DNA of 64,000 nt. Source: Selaginella moellendorffii (Eukaryota > Plantae > Lycopodiophyta). The notes beneath the pieces are model-generated. The model did not search any database and was not told the origin of the DNA. It saw only the letters and a program-made list of their open reading frames with translations. A program made the position numbers and the translations under genes. How positions within the stretch are numbered: position 1 is the first letter of the stretch; each line of letters starts with the position of its first letter. Below are positions 9,997 to 21,082 of the stretch, piece by piece. The stretch is taken from assembly GCF_000143415.4 (NCBI RefSeq), contig NW_003314262.1:4226021-4290020 (forward strand), in the 5' to 3' direction.

Positions 9997-10539
9997 ATTT
10001 GGAATCTAGAATCATGAGGGATTCCTTGGAACGGGCTCAACAAAGGCAAACCAAATACGCGAACCAGAAGCGTCGGGATGTAGAGTTCCAAGCTGGGGAG
10101 AAGGTGTGGCTGAACACCAAGAACCTCAAACTACCAAGTGGGATCAGCCGAAAGTTGACCCAAAGGTAAAGATGCATGTATTCCTGTAAATGAATTGATC
10201 TTGAGTTCCTTAAGCAGATTCGCGGGGCCTTACGAGATTGAGGCACGAATCGGTAAAGTGGCTTACCGACTCCGACTTCCTCGAGAGATGGGGAAGATGC
10301 ACCCAGTGTTCCACGTGAACTTACTCAAGCCGTACTTTGAGGATCCGCTTCGGAAGGACCAAGTGAGACTTTTACCTGAGGTTATCCAAGGGGAAGAGGA
10401 ATACGAAGTCGAGGCCATCCTCAATGCGCGCAAGAGCAAGCGACAAGGACACGAGGTGAGAGAGTTCCATGTGAAGTGGAAAGGATTTCCACACTGCGAA
10501 GCAACATGGGAACCGGAGGAGAACCTAGCGAACGCGTGA
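9997..10539 (+). CDS. Integrase C-terminus (GPY/F module) and chromodomain of element A, with intron 10166-10217
   Basis: KLTQR|FAGPY, YRLRLP, HPVFHVNLLKPY, EYEVEAILN..FHVKWKGF..ATWEPEENL; the TGA at 10537 is probably a CGA>TGA change. Confidence 0.92.
10166..10217 (+). other. Spliceosomal-type intron 2 in integrase (52 nt)
   Basis: AG|GTAAAG...TAAGCAG|A; removal gives CAA AG|A TTC GCG GGG CCT TAC = QRFAGPY; AT-rich with an in-frame stop. Confidence 0.85.
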
Positions 10540-10990
10540 GATCTAGTAGAGGAATTTCTGCAAGGCAGAACTCTATGTACTTATGCAAAATTCAATTAAA
10601 AATATCAATTTGCAAAGTTGAGCAAGTGGCATATGTTGGGACCCGAAGGCACGCCAAAGGTAAGCTAATTAGCATGGGTTGGATAGGTCGACCAGGCGTA
10701 GGGCACTACGCCCAACTCCCCGCGGGGATGTTGAATCCGTAGACGTATTCTATGGAGGTTGGGTTCGAGTCCCAACCCCCTAGTAAAGCAAGGCTGGGTT
10801 CAAGTCCTGACCCCATACTAGGGCGTGGTGAGGTGAGGAGTATAGGGACACCTATATTCCGTTGTCATGGGCTCTTGGCCGGGGAGGCTAACTTAGGCAC
10901 ACCGCTAAGTGGGGGGATGCCCCCGGAGACATGGTCAACAAGTCGTAGGATAAAACGAGACGTTCGATGTGGGCATCGAACTTCTTCTAT

Positions 10991-11001
10991 GGGTGGTGGA
11001 G
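10991..11001 (+). promoter_or_regulatory. Polypurine tract of element A
   Basis: GGGTGGTGGAG just before the TG of the 3' LTR. Confidence 0.75.
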
Positions 11002-11002
11002 T

Positions 11003-12160
11003 TGTAAGGAACCGACTCCCCGAGATGTCGTAGGCTAAAGGATCCCCAAAAGCTTGACCGAAATGACAAAGAGTTCATCGGATGGGACCAAGTTGAGAAT
11101 CGAGTCCAAGACCGACTCTAGGACCGAGTTCGAGATAGAGTCCGGAATCGAGTCCGAGACCGACTCGGGGACCGAGTTCGAGTCCGAGTTCGAGACCGAG
11201 TTCGAGATGGAGTCCGAAATCCGAAATCGGGTCTGAGACCGAGTCCGAGGTCGAGTCCGAGGTCGGGTCTGAGATCGGGTCCGAGATCGAGTCCGAAATC
11301 GAGTCCGAGACCGAATCCGAAGTCGGATCCGAAATCGGGTCCGAGATCGAGCCAGAGACTAAGTCCAAATACTAATACGGGTCAAGGGGTGAAAGCCCAA
11401 AGCGTGCGTCTCCCAGGGGGGGGGGGCTGCAATGGGTTCCAAAAGTATAGTAGGGATAGTGAGGTCCAGGAACCAGTTTTGAAGGGACTCTCCAGTTGGG
11501 CTTCCAAACCGACTTGAGGTTGAGACTGGGACCGAGGGGCCTTGGGTGGGAGTGAGCATGGACTTGGCTGGTGCCGGAGGGGCCATCCAAGGAAGTGCTC
11601 AAGAGCAGCTCCCACTCCCAAAAGGGAAACCGACTGCGGTGCTCCCGGCTCAGGTGGAGTGGTGCCCCACTTGAGTACCTTGTGGCTCATTGGTCCTCGC
11701 CCTTCCGGGGGCTTGGGCCTTCCCTTCGGGATGGAAGAGGGGGGGTAGAGGTACCCATACCGGGCCGTTAGGCCATGGTGTTTCGCCCCGACGTCCCGAA
11801 GCAAGTGCTGCACCCAAGGCTTGGGATTTAGAGGGTCCCATGATCAAGTCTTGTGGTACCAAGGAGTGTTAGGAATCTGGAGGCTTGGTGTGCTTGGCTG
11901 CTTGTGCCTGCGGGGAGTGTAGCCGAACCTTAAGTCCAGTCTAACTCGGGGAGGGGGATTGGGAGAGATTTGGGAATCCGTAGATGGATGGCTAACACTC
12001 TGTTGCTCGTGCAGTAAGTAGCTGAAACCAAGTAGGACCAAGTAAGAGCTGGTACCATAGGCGAGAACCTTGGCGAGGGAACTTAGCACAAGCCAAGGCA
12101 GAGTTGGTCGGATAGGCGAGGTAAGCTGGCAAATTGGAAAGGAAAAATTTGTGGCTTACA
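11003..12160 (+). repeat. 3' LTR of element A (1158 bp) with a CCGAGN hexamer array
   Basis: TGTAAG...CTTACA termini; same boundaries as the solo LTR at 44632-45788. Confidence 0.95.
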
Positions 12161-15100
12161 CACTACTCATTCTCGAATAGTCTCAAATTCCATCGACATA
12201 ACCTTTTCACTTTGGAACTTTTAATTTTGACTTCTCAGAGTCAATTTCCTAGGTGTCTTTGACACCTTACATTGCACATGGTGCAACTCCAGTTCCCCAT
12301 CCTATGAAGTTTTTTACTTGAGGGCACCATCATCCTTTCTTCGATATCGTGCCACCTTTGGCACTAAGTTCCAGTTATTATAATTTGTGCTAGGGCTGCC
12401 CACAGCCTTATTATTTGGCTACCTTACCGCTCCCCCTTTTGGAGTATCCACTTTTGCCAAATCAAAGCGGTTAGGAATCCATCCTTGGGGAAACATTGCC
12501 TTTCCCACAATCCGTTAGCACTCAACACATTAATGTTCTTGCTTAACTTTGCCATTTGGATTCTTTTCTATAATTCCCATGGCTCTTTTCTTAGCCACTA
12601 GTCTTTTGCTCCTATCCTTGATTGTTGCACCCAGCAACATAGGATCACTACCTCCATTTTCGAGGTTTCTTTTCGGTTCCATAGCAACACTTTGCTTTGC
12701 CAAGTCCAAAGGGTGTTCACCCTTAGTACCCCTCTTTAATATTTTCTGTTGTGGGCTCTATCCACGGCCCAACTTTTAAGACCCTCCCTTGGATCTCTTG
12801 TAGAGACTACTTTCCTCATACTTACTATGCCATCACATTAACATAGCTCATTTCCCTTAGGTGTTCTTCCCACCTGATCACCTTGACCAAGCTATACCAT
12901 CATCAATAATTCAAATCAACACTTTTGAACTAGGAACTTTATCCCTTAAACTCACAAGGACCTTGTCCTTATTTTAGCCATAAGACCACCTAATGATCTA
13001 ACCTTGGCACCTTAACAGGTTTGCCAATAGGTATTAGGTCTTCCAGACCTTTAAGTTGTTGACCATGACCCCGGGGGCATCCCCCACACTTGGCGGTGCA
13101 CTCAAGCCAGCCCTTCCGGCTAAGGGTCCATAGCAACTGAGACTGGGTGTCCCCATTTCATTCACCACGTCCTTGGTGCCACTCGCACCAAAGTGTTCAA
13201 GTTAGATATGCCGAGCCACACTAAGCAATCTAACTGTGCATCACAACTCCGAGGCATCCCTCGCTTGGTGGTGTGCCCAAACCAATCTCCTCACTGAGAG
13301 TCCATGACCACCGAAAAATGAGTGTCCTCATATTCCAAACCATCACCACACCCTAGTGATTTGGGACTCGAACCCAAGCACTAGAGGGTCGGGACTCGAA
13401 CCCAACCTCCGTATATGCATCTATGGATGGCATCACACAGGATGCCTGGTGTGACTCCCCACGCCGGTGCACCATCATGTACTTAAAGCGTGTTATAGAT
13501 CACAGCTTAGGAACCGAGTTCCTCTGCACTGTTAAATCCTCTCACTTGACAAGTCTGTGATCATGCATGGACTCCTCTATGCTCGGCCCCATGGGCTACC
13601 CCTTTTGAAGTTAGCACCTTTAATTAGGGGATTTGTTCCCCTGACTTGCCAATCTCACTTAGCAAGTCATCCGGCCACCATAATATGGTTCATGCATAAG
13701 CGTGAAAGTCCTTAACCATCGACTTTCATTCAAAGCCCTCTTCTTTGAACACTCAAGAACTACTTCTCCAACCTTGATAGCCTCACCTCATGGCTAGCTT
13801 CAAGACCACGCTTCTGCTGCGCCACTCCGATTTCGCGCACTCTAGGAACCATTTACACTTGGCTTTCTAGATACTTATCTACCTAGAATTGTCTTTAGGA
13901 ACATTCAAGGAACTCTGTTCCTTAGCTTGCCAAGGCTTCTCCTTCGCAAGCTCCCTACTCCCCATATGGTCTAACATGGATAATTCCACATTTTAGACTC
14001 TCTATGGCATCGTAGTTGCTAGTAGTAATATCCTTGAGCACCCTTTTGATTCTCCACTCCCAACTTGCATAACCACTGTTGGTTATGCCCTTCAATTTTT
14101 ATGGTTCAGTTCCATCCCAATACTACTTACCTTTTGGCCTTATATGTTTCCTTTGGTTATTCTCCTCCAAACTAGGAGGATAGCTTTGCACCTTCTACCA
14201 TGCCTTAGCAAGTATTCATAGGGATGAACCTACCCAATAGCTTAGGGAGTGGTTCCTCAATCTGGGCATGCTCACCTTATAATCCCACATATCGGGATTA
14301 ACGTTGCTACTTATAGGCCTCTATATGCCTATTACTAGCCTTGCCAAAATCCCATTTTTTGTTTTATCCAAATCAAGTAGACGGATTTCTTCTGTCTCCA
14401 GAACCTTGGACGTTTGGATAGCACCTTCTATCCATCATTTGCTAGGGACTTAGTCTCTTGGGCATTATCTAATGCCCTTGTGACTCCAAACACCACCTCT
14501 TGGGGTTCTAGAGTGTTTGGGTGTCCCAATGATGGCGTCCTTGACAATGAGCATTTCCTTTTATTATGACATTGACTTACTATATTGCAACATAAGCAAC
14601 TTATCCCCGATAAGGGTATATTTAACTTTTTTATGCTATTAAAAAGTCTTGGGTAGCTATCTTCTACCCGTTTAACCAATTACCTGCATCTCATGCTTAG
14701 TTGCCTCATAGTTGTCAAGTCCTACAACTCATTGCTTAGTGCTTCCACACCTCCATCATTATTTGGGTCACCACACTCCAACCACATGCCTTCCTGTATA
14801 AGCTATGCCATTCCCATTTCCATTGGGATTCCCTTGGCAAGGGGTTCTCATGAACCCATCAACATAACCTCAAGGCATCACACCTTGGCCCATTTGGTGT
14901 CTCCACACCATCGGCTCCATGCATCTGCCTTTATGATACTTTGCATTTGTGTCTAGGTCTTTGCCAAGACCAACCCAATTGTTTCTTATGCTAACTATCC
15001 GTTAGCACTACACCATAGTGTTCGCACACAACTCTGCACCAAAGTTGCTTTTTCTAGGAACACCTTTCCCAACACTTTAGCATGGCACATTCTGCCATCA

Positions 15101-17646
15101 ATGAGATACCCTCTATTCTCATCCTTGGATCCTATGATCCCCCCCTATCATTTGTGGGGTACAACACACGTCAGTCCAAATGCTTCCATCAATCCTTCAT
15201 GATTATTCCTTGACTCTATTTGAGTCCTCCAGCTTTTTGGACTTTGTCATCCGACGACCCATGAGGTCCCACCTTTGAGGTGTCAGCTCACTGGAATACA
15301 ACTTCTTGTATTCAAGTCCTACTCACAAGGACCATCTTTGCAAGTGTTACTCCGACACTTGATTTGTTCTCTTGGGGCAACCTTTTGCCCCTTAGGACCA
15401 CTTGTCCATATGATGAGAATACCAACTCATCCTCTAAGTACACCCCCAACTCCTTGGGTTGTTCCAACATTTATTAGAGGTAGCCCTGACTACCATTTCA
15501 AAGACTTATGTCCTCTTCCGTATTTGACCTTCCACAGTCATTAATTCCGATCTCAAATTCATGAGCACCAGCCTCAACTATATGAGGGTAATCTTGTGAC
15601 TCCATTATCGTCTTGGAGTTTGCATCTTTCCCGTGATCCCAACTATAGTTGTTTACCATAACTACATTAGCCCGTTTGTCGCATCAAATGCTCATCTGGA
15701 TCACATCCTCAACTCTCTGAGAAAACCCTCATACTATTCCCAAGATCCCAAAGTCATTCCCTTACTGGCCCTTTTCCATCCACCACATCGTGCACAAGTT
15801 CACACATGAAATCGAGTGGAGAGCCATGTCCTCTCGACATGCTACTCCTCGAGGATAGGTCCATACCTAGGACTTTCCAATTCCAATACAAGTGGTGATA
15901 TACTTGGCCACCAATAAGAGTCGGACTAAGGAGCAGCTCTGATACCAAATTGTAAGCGACTAAATTTTCCATTCTACTTTAGTCACTTAACCACACCTTT
16001 GACCACTTGGAGGAGTCTCACTCACAACCTCCATAAGTCCTATTTTGGATTGGGCTTGCTAGCCCAGAGAATGGCATCTTCACCACTCAACCTTTGCACT
16101 TGGTCCAAGTGCTTCATGTATCTTATCCCATGACCGACACCCCAAGGTACCACCGACGCATCAGCCCGTTACGCTAAGGCCATGCCCATTCACCTTGGTC
16201 ACACTGGTGGTTTAACCCCACCTACACCATAGTCCCGTCTAAGACTGGGTCATCTGTCCATGAGTGATCATCCCAGATCCACTCCTTAGCATCCTTAGGA
16301 TGCCCATAGACATGGGGAATAGCCTTCCCTAATATCCCCTTTCACGTCCCCACCAAGTCCCTTTCTGCCCATGGCCGTGTTCGCCAACACTGCCACTAGA
16401 TCAAGGCCCACAGGCCTGACCACTAAATCCCACGGTCCTCTGGGACTTCCTCACCACACGACTGTATCCTTGGTCATTACACCAGAGGACTACTCCTCTT
16501 CCTTTCCACATTTTAGGCCTTCGGGACAACATTTCGGAACACCATGGCCTTACACAAGCCTCGTGGGTACTCTCCCTGCCTTCCACCTTTGGGTGCTCTA
16601 GCCATGGGCTTAGAGTGAGGTTCCGTTGAGCCACGCCTGGTATCCAAGTAGGTAGTGCCACCCACACTTAGACTGGGAGCATCGGCTAGTCGATCTCCCG
16701 GGGGAACTAGAGCCTGCTCTTGAACACTTCACCAAGCTACCCCGCTTGTCGGTCCATGTTCACTTTAGTCTTGGACTTCCTAGTGGGCAGCTCATCACCC
16801 AACACTGGGTACAGCCTTCCTGGGCCAAACTGGCCTTTCCTGGCCAAACTAGCTCCACTACAGTCCTCCCCCTTACTATACTTTTGGAGTACACCAAACC
16901 CCCCAAGGTCTGGGAGACGAACACTTTGGGCTTTCACCCTCTCAGACTCGAACTCAGACTCAGACTCAGACTCGGGCTTGGGCTCGGTCTCGGCCTCGAC
17001 CTTGGTCTCGATCTCGGTCCCGGTCTCGGTCTCGGTCTCGATTTCGACTTCGGACTCCATCTCGGATCCATCTCAAACTCCATCTCGGACTCCATCTCGG
17101 GTCCATCTCGAACTCCATCTCGGACTCCATCTCGGACTCAATCTCGGATCCATCTCAGGTCCACCTTGGACTCCACCTCGGACTCCATCTCGGACTCCAT
17201 CTTGGACTCCATCTCGGGTCCATCTCAAACTCCATCTCGGGTCCGTCTCGGACTCAACCTTGGGTCCATCTCGGGTCCATCTCGGGTCCACCTTAGACTC
17301 CACCCTGGGGTCCTTCTCGGACTCCACTTCGGACTCCACTTTGGACTCCAACTCGGGTCCATCTCGGACTCCATCTCAAACTCCATCTTGGTCCATCTTG
17401 GACTCCATCTCGGACACTTCCACGTGTCATGTGTTGGTCCTTTTGGGTCCCTTTTTAGAGCCTCGCTTATTGCTCGCTTCGTGCTCATTCCTCGACCACT
17501 TTGTTGGGAGTTCCACTCCCGCTCTCGACCTTTCAAGTCGGAGCTTTTAGTCTAAACATGTTACACTCGTTTGGCTTTCGCTTCAGCCACTACCACATGG
17601 CACCCTTCCAGCTCCACTTTGGGGCCTAGGGATTTTGTGTCTCACA
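12161..17646 (-). mobile_element. LTR retroelement family B, decayed internal region plus 5' LTR; no RT or integrase recognised
   Basis: LTR 15951-17646, PBS TGGTATCAGAGC on the minus strand at 15936-15947, stop-riddled internal frames; interrupted by element A. Confidence 0.8.
15951..17646 (-). repeat. 5' LTR of family B with GGACTC / GGTCTC / 12-mer arrays
   Basis: TG...CA termini; homologous to the solo LTR at 46488-48260. Confidence 0.92.
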
Positions 17647-20100
17647 GCCATCTCCTTCTTCTCCCCCTTAGGACATGGTTGATGTACTTTGGAGAGCTTG
17701 TTGAATTGGAGTGCTAGAGTCGAAGTTGGGTATACAGTAAAGAAACCACTATATTCCTTGATAAGACTTAAAATATACTGATTTTTCCCATCATATATGC
17801 CCAAATAAAAGGAAATTTACCATGTTTGGAGAGTTGTTCTTTAAACCATTTAAGACTTGCTGTCCTTCAGGCCATTATGAGATTGTCAACATAAACACAC
17901 ACGACAATAAGTGAGCCATCATGAAAACAATAATGTAGATTCCAATCTGCTTCTACATGAGAAAAACTATAGTTAGAAAAAACTTGTGCAAAGTATTATA
18001 CCAAATCCTTAGTGATTGTTTTAATCCATAAATGAGTTTATAAACTTCCTTTAGATTTGGAGGCTGTTGCTCATACACCAGTTCCTCCAATTGGCCATTG
18101 AGAAATGCATTCCTGACATCCATTTGCTCAATCTCAAGGTCTAAATGATTAGCAATTGCAAGAATAAACAAATAGAAACCATCTTAACTATGGGTGAGAA
18201 ATTCTCACTATAATCAATTCCATGTGTATCCTTTTGTGACTAACCATACTTTATACCAATTAATCTCACCTGTCTCCTTATATTTTATTTTGTGAACCCA
18301 CTTACATTGTATGATTGAAACTTTGCAAGGAACCTCCTATGATGAAATGAGTGTCCAAGAACCACTCTCCAATTGAGCATGATATTCATCTTGCATTGCT
18401 TCTCGCCAATGAAAATGTTGCAATCCAAAGTGTGCTTCATCTAAATTTGTTGGCTCGTGAATGACTTGTGTGGCTTGTGCATAATAATGTAGAATGTGGG
18501 ATGTAGGTTTCCAAGGTTTGAGAGAATGTCTTGGTAGTGAACTAGCATTTGGAGCATCCAAAGATTCACCATTCTCTCACTCTAATAAGCCACTTTCTCT
18601 AGATCTTCATGAATAATATCCAATCACTAGAATTCTGAAGTGAAGTACCTTGTTTTTAGAGTTTAGAGCCATTATCATCCATAGCTAGAGAAAAAACTTC
18701 TTGAGGTAGTAGTGGATCCTCAGGTGGTGGTTCAAGAGGTAGTGGTAGTGGTGGTTCCATTGAAGAAGCCTCTGGAGTTGATACCACTTCCTCATCACTA
18801 TTATTTCCATGTGCATTGATTAGAATTGAATGTAAAAAATACCTGGTGTCTTTCTTATTACTAATTGATGAAATAGATTACACTGGTACATCTTCTCGAA
18901 AGAAAATAGTACACCTAACCAGCACCTTCTTTTGACTAAAAATCCAAACCCAAGCCACCTCTAGTATTCTCACTATAGCCAAGCATCATGCATCTCATTG
19001 AGTGATCTTCCCATTTATTTTGTCTTTCCTCAACTGAAATGTATGCTACACACTCAAACACACATAAGTATGTAGTAGATGGTTTCGAACCTATCTAAAT
19101 TTTGTATAACATTTTTATCCAGTATTGCTTTTGTAGGCAGAATATTTTGCACATGAACTGTAATATTCACAACCTTGGCCCAAAAGAATACTGAAACATT
19201 TTGATCTGGCTGCATTAAGGACTATTAACATCTTTCGCTCCACGACCCCATTTTGACCATATTCATATGGTGTAGAGATTTGGAGGAAGATACCACATGA
19301 TGCAAGGATTGTCCAGAATTCTCATGAGAGAAGTTCCCATCCTCCATCGACTCTGAGTGTGCGGATTATCATTGCATATTTATTTTCTAACTCTCAAATC
19401 CATTCCAGAAACTTATGAGGCACCTCAAATTTCTGTCATAAGAAATATAATGACTTAGATCGTCCACAATTAGTAGGAAAGAACAAACACCATTGAGTGA
19501 CTTTACTGGTGATGCTCCCCAAATGTCGACATAAACTAAATCAAAAACATTTTACCTCAAGTAGACACTTTTTTTGAAGGTGGCTTTTTTTTCATCTTAA
19601 CTTGAAGATATACCTCACATGTCATACTGTCGCTAATATGCTTGTTTTTGCTCCATTCACACCCCATGACCACTCCCAATACCTTCTTCTTAGAGAACTT
19701 GGCTTCCATGATGGAAAACCATCGAAATGCATTATCATGAGAAAGAAGAAACTTCCCTTCTTCCTTTCCCCTCAGCCTGAGCCCTTACTGTCTAGTCTAT
19801 TCTTGCCTTGAAGGAGAAACATTCAGATCCATATTGGAAAAGCCAGAGCCCGAGAAAAGAGAATCTTTTGATTTCTCTGATACTATGATGAAACAAGTGT
19901 AAAGGAAAAGTACTGGGCTTGTATTGATACTCCACTTCTTGATTTATAGTTCCTTTGATTGCACCTTGATCTCTCCTTGGTTCCAACAATCCACTTAGTA
20001 GGCCCAGTGGGCGACAGTTCCAGAACCCCAGCCTGTATCTGGTTACAGATGCTCAACTTTTGGAACCATGGTATTGCTCATGCTCTTGCTTTCGTTTTTC
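17647..20100 (-). mobile_element. Decayed Ty1/Copia element
   Basis: IEQMDVRNAFLNG and YGLKQS RT motifs (17953-18171), QNGVVER-like integrase motif near 19240, PBS-like CTCTGATACTA at 19875-19885; right boundary approximate. Confidence 0.8.
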
Positions 20101-21082
20101 ATAGTGTACTTTTCCTTGCACAGGGTGACACCCTGCTCAAAAGAATAGTGAGCAATGGAAGCACATAGGAGGTAAGGAGCGATCCCGCTTTGCCCTATAG
20201 TTGCTCACGTGAAAGTGTGACGTGAAATTCACTGGCAAAAGTTTTCCTTTAGCAAGGACACCGGGATTCCTTCCGGGAAAACCAGGCAATGCCTTCCCTG
20301 CGAACAACACCTTTCGGAATCCTCACCTCCGCGTTCCAACAACCTTCTCCTTTTCGTCCTTCAGAGTTTTTAGCAAGATGCCGAACTTCGGTATTTTCTG
20401 CATGCTTATTTTGTCTCAAAGCCGGAACTTATTCTGAAACTCAGGTATCCAATCGCAGCACTCGTGATTTGAACCCCAAAGTTATTGAATCTCCTCGTTG
20501 CTTCCAGTCATCAGCTTGGAATTTACCAGACAATAGTTCCCTTATCCATCCCGCTGCAAAGCAGCTTGGACTGGAGAGCACCCTGGTCTCGCTGGCCTCA
20601 ATGGCCCAGCGAATCATTTCCAAAACGAAGCGGCTAATCACCACCCTTCCAGTGAAGTCCCCAACTCCGACCTGGGCCGATAGACGGGCACCAAGTTCCT
20701 CTCCTCGCCCCTCTCCGCTCACAGGCAATTGTCATCGGTGGCAATGCTGGAGGGAGAAAACCCCCAAGAAATGGTGGCATGATCTCAGTGATCCCACAAT
20801 CTTGTAAACAAGGGGATTGTTTTCCTCCGCTGCTATTCTCACCCCTCACGCCCGGATCTCGTTGAGCATCTCTCGAGCGAAGGAAGGTGAAAAGGTTGCG
20901 AGGATGGCGATATGGAGAGGACGATCCTCATCCAGAACTGGATCAAGGAATATGCTAATTTTAAATTGATTCAATCTGTTATAATAAATGTAAATTGTTT
21001 TCCACGGGATTAACGACCGAGCAAAAATGAGCCTCAAGAAACAATCCTGCTGTGGGAAAAACCAACCTCTTTTTTTTTTACT

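Larger units (their letters stand above)
1..12160 (+). mobile_element. Ty3/Gypsy chromovirus LTR retrotransposon (family A), 5' LTR cut by window edge, interrupted by a PLE
   Basis: Paired LTRs (1-207 matches 11954-12160 with 4 transitions), PBS, gag-CCHC-PR-RT-RH-INT-chromodomain order, PPT. Confidence 0.96.

Noticed and set aside
10565-10617. Further GC-AG intron after the chromodomain
   Set aside because: AT-rich and of intron size, but the donor is weak and no conserved motif is restored by removal.
10757-10808. tRNA genes at the GGTTCGAGTCC motifs
   Set aside because: Only T-arm hairpins; no D arm, anticodon arm or acceptor stem. Reported as a cis-element instead.
16940-17420. CRISPR-like array
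   Set aside because: Short tandem units without unique spacers, inside a eukaryotic LTR.
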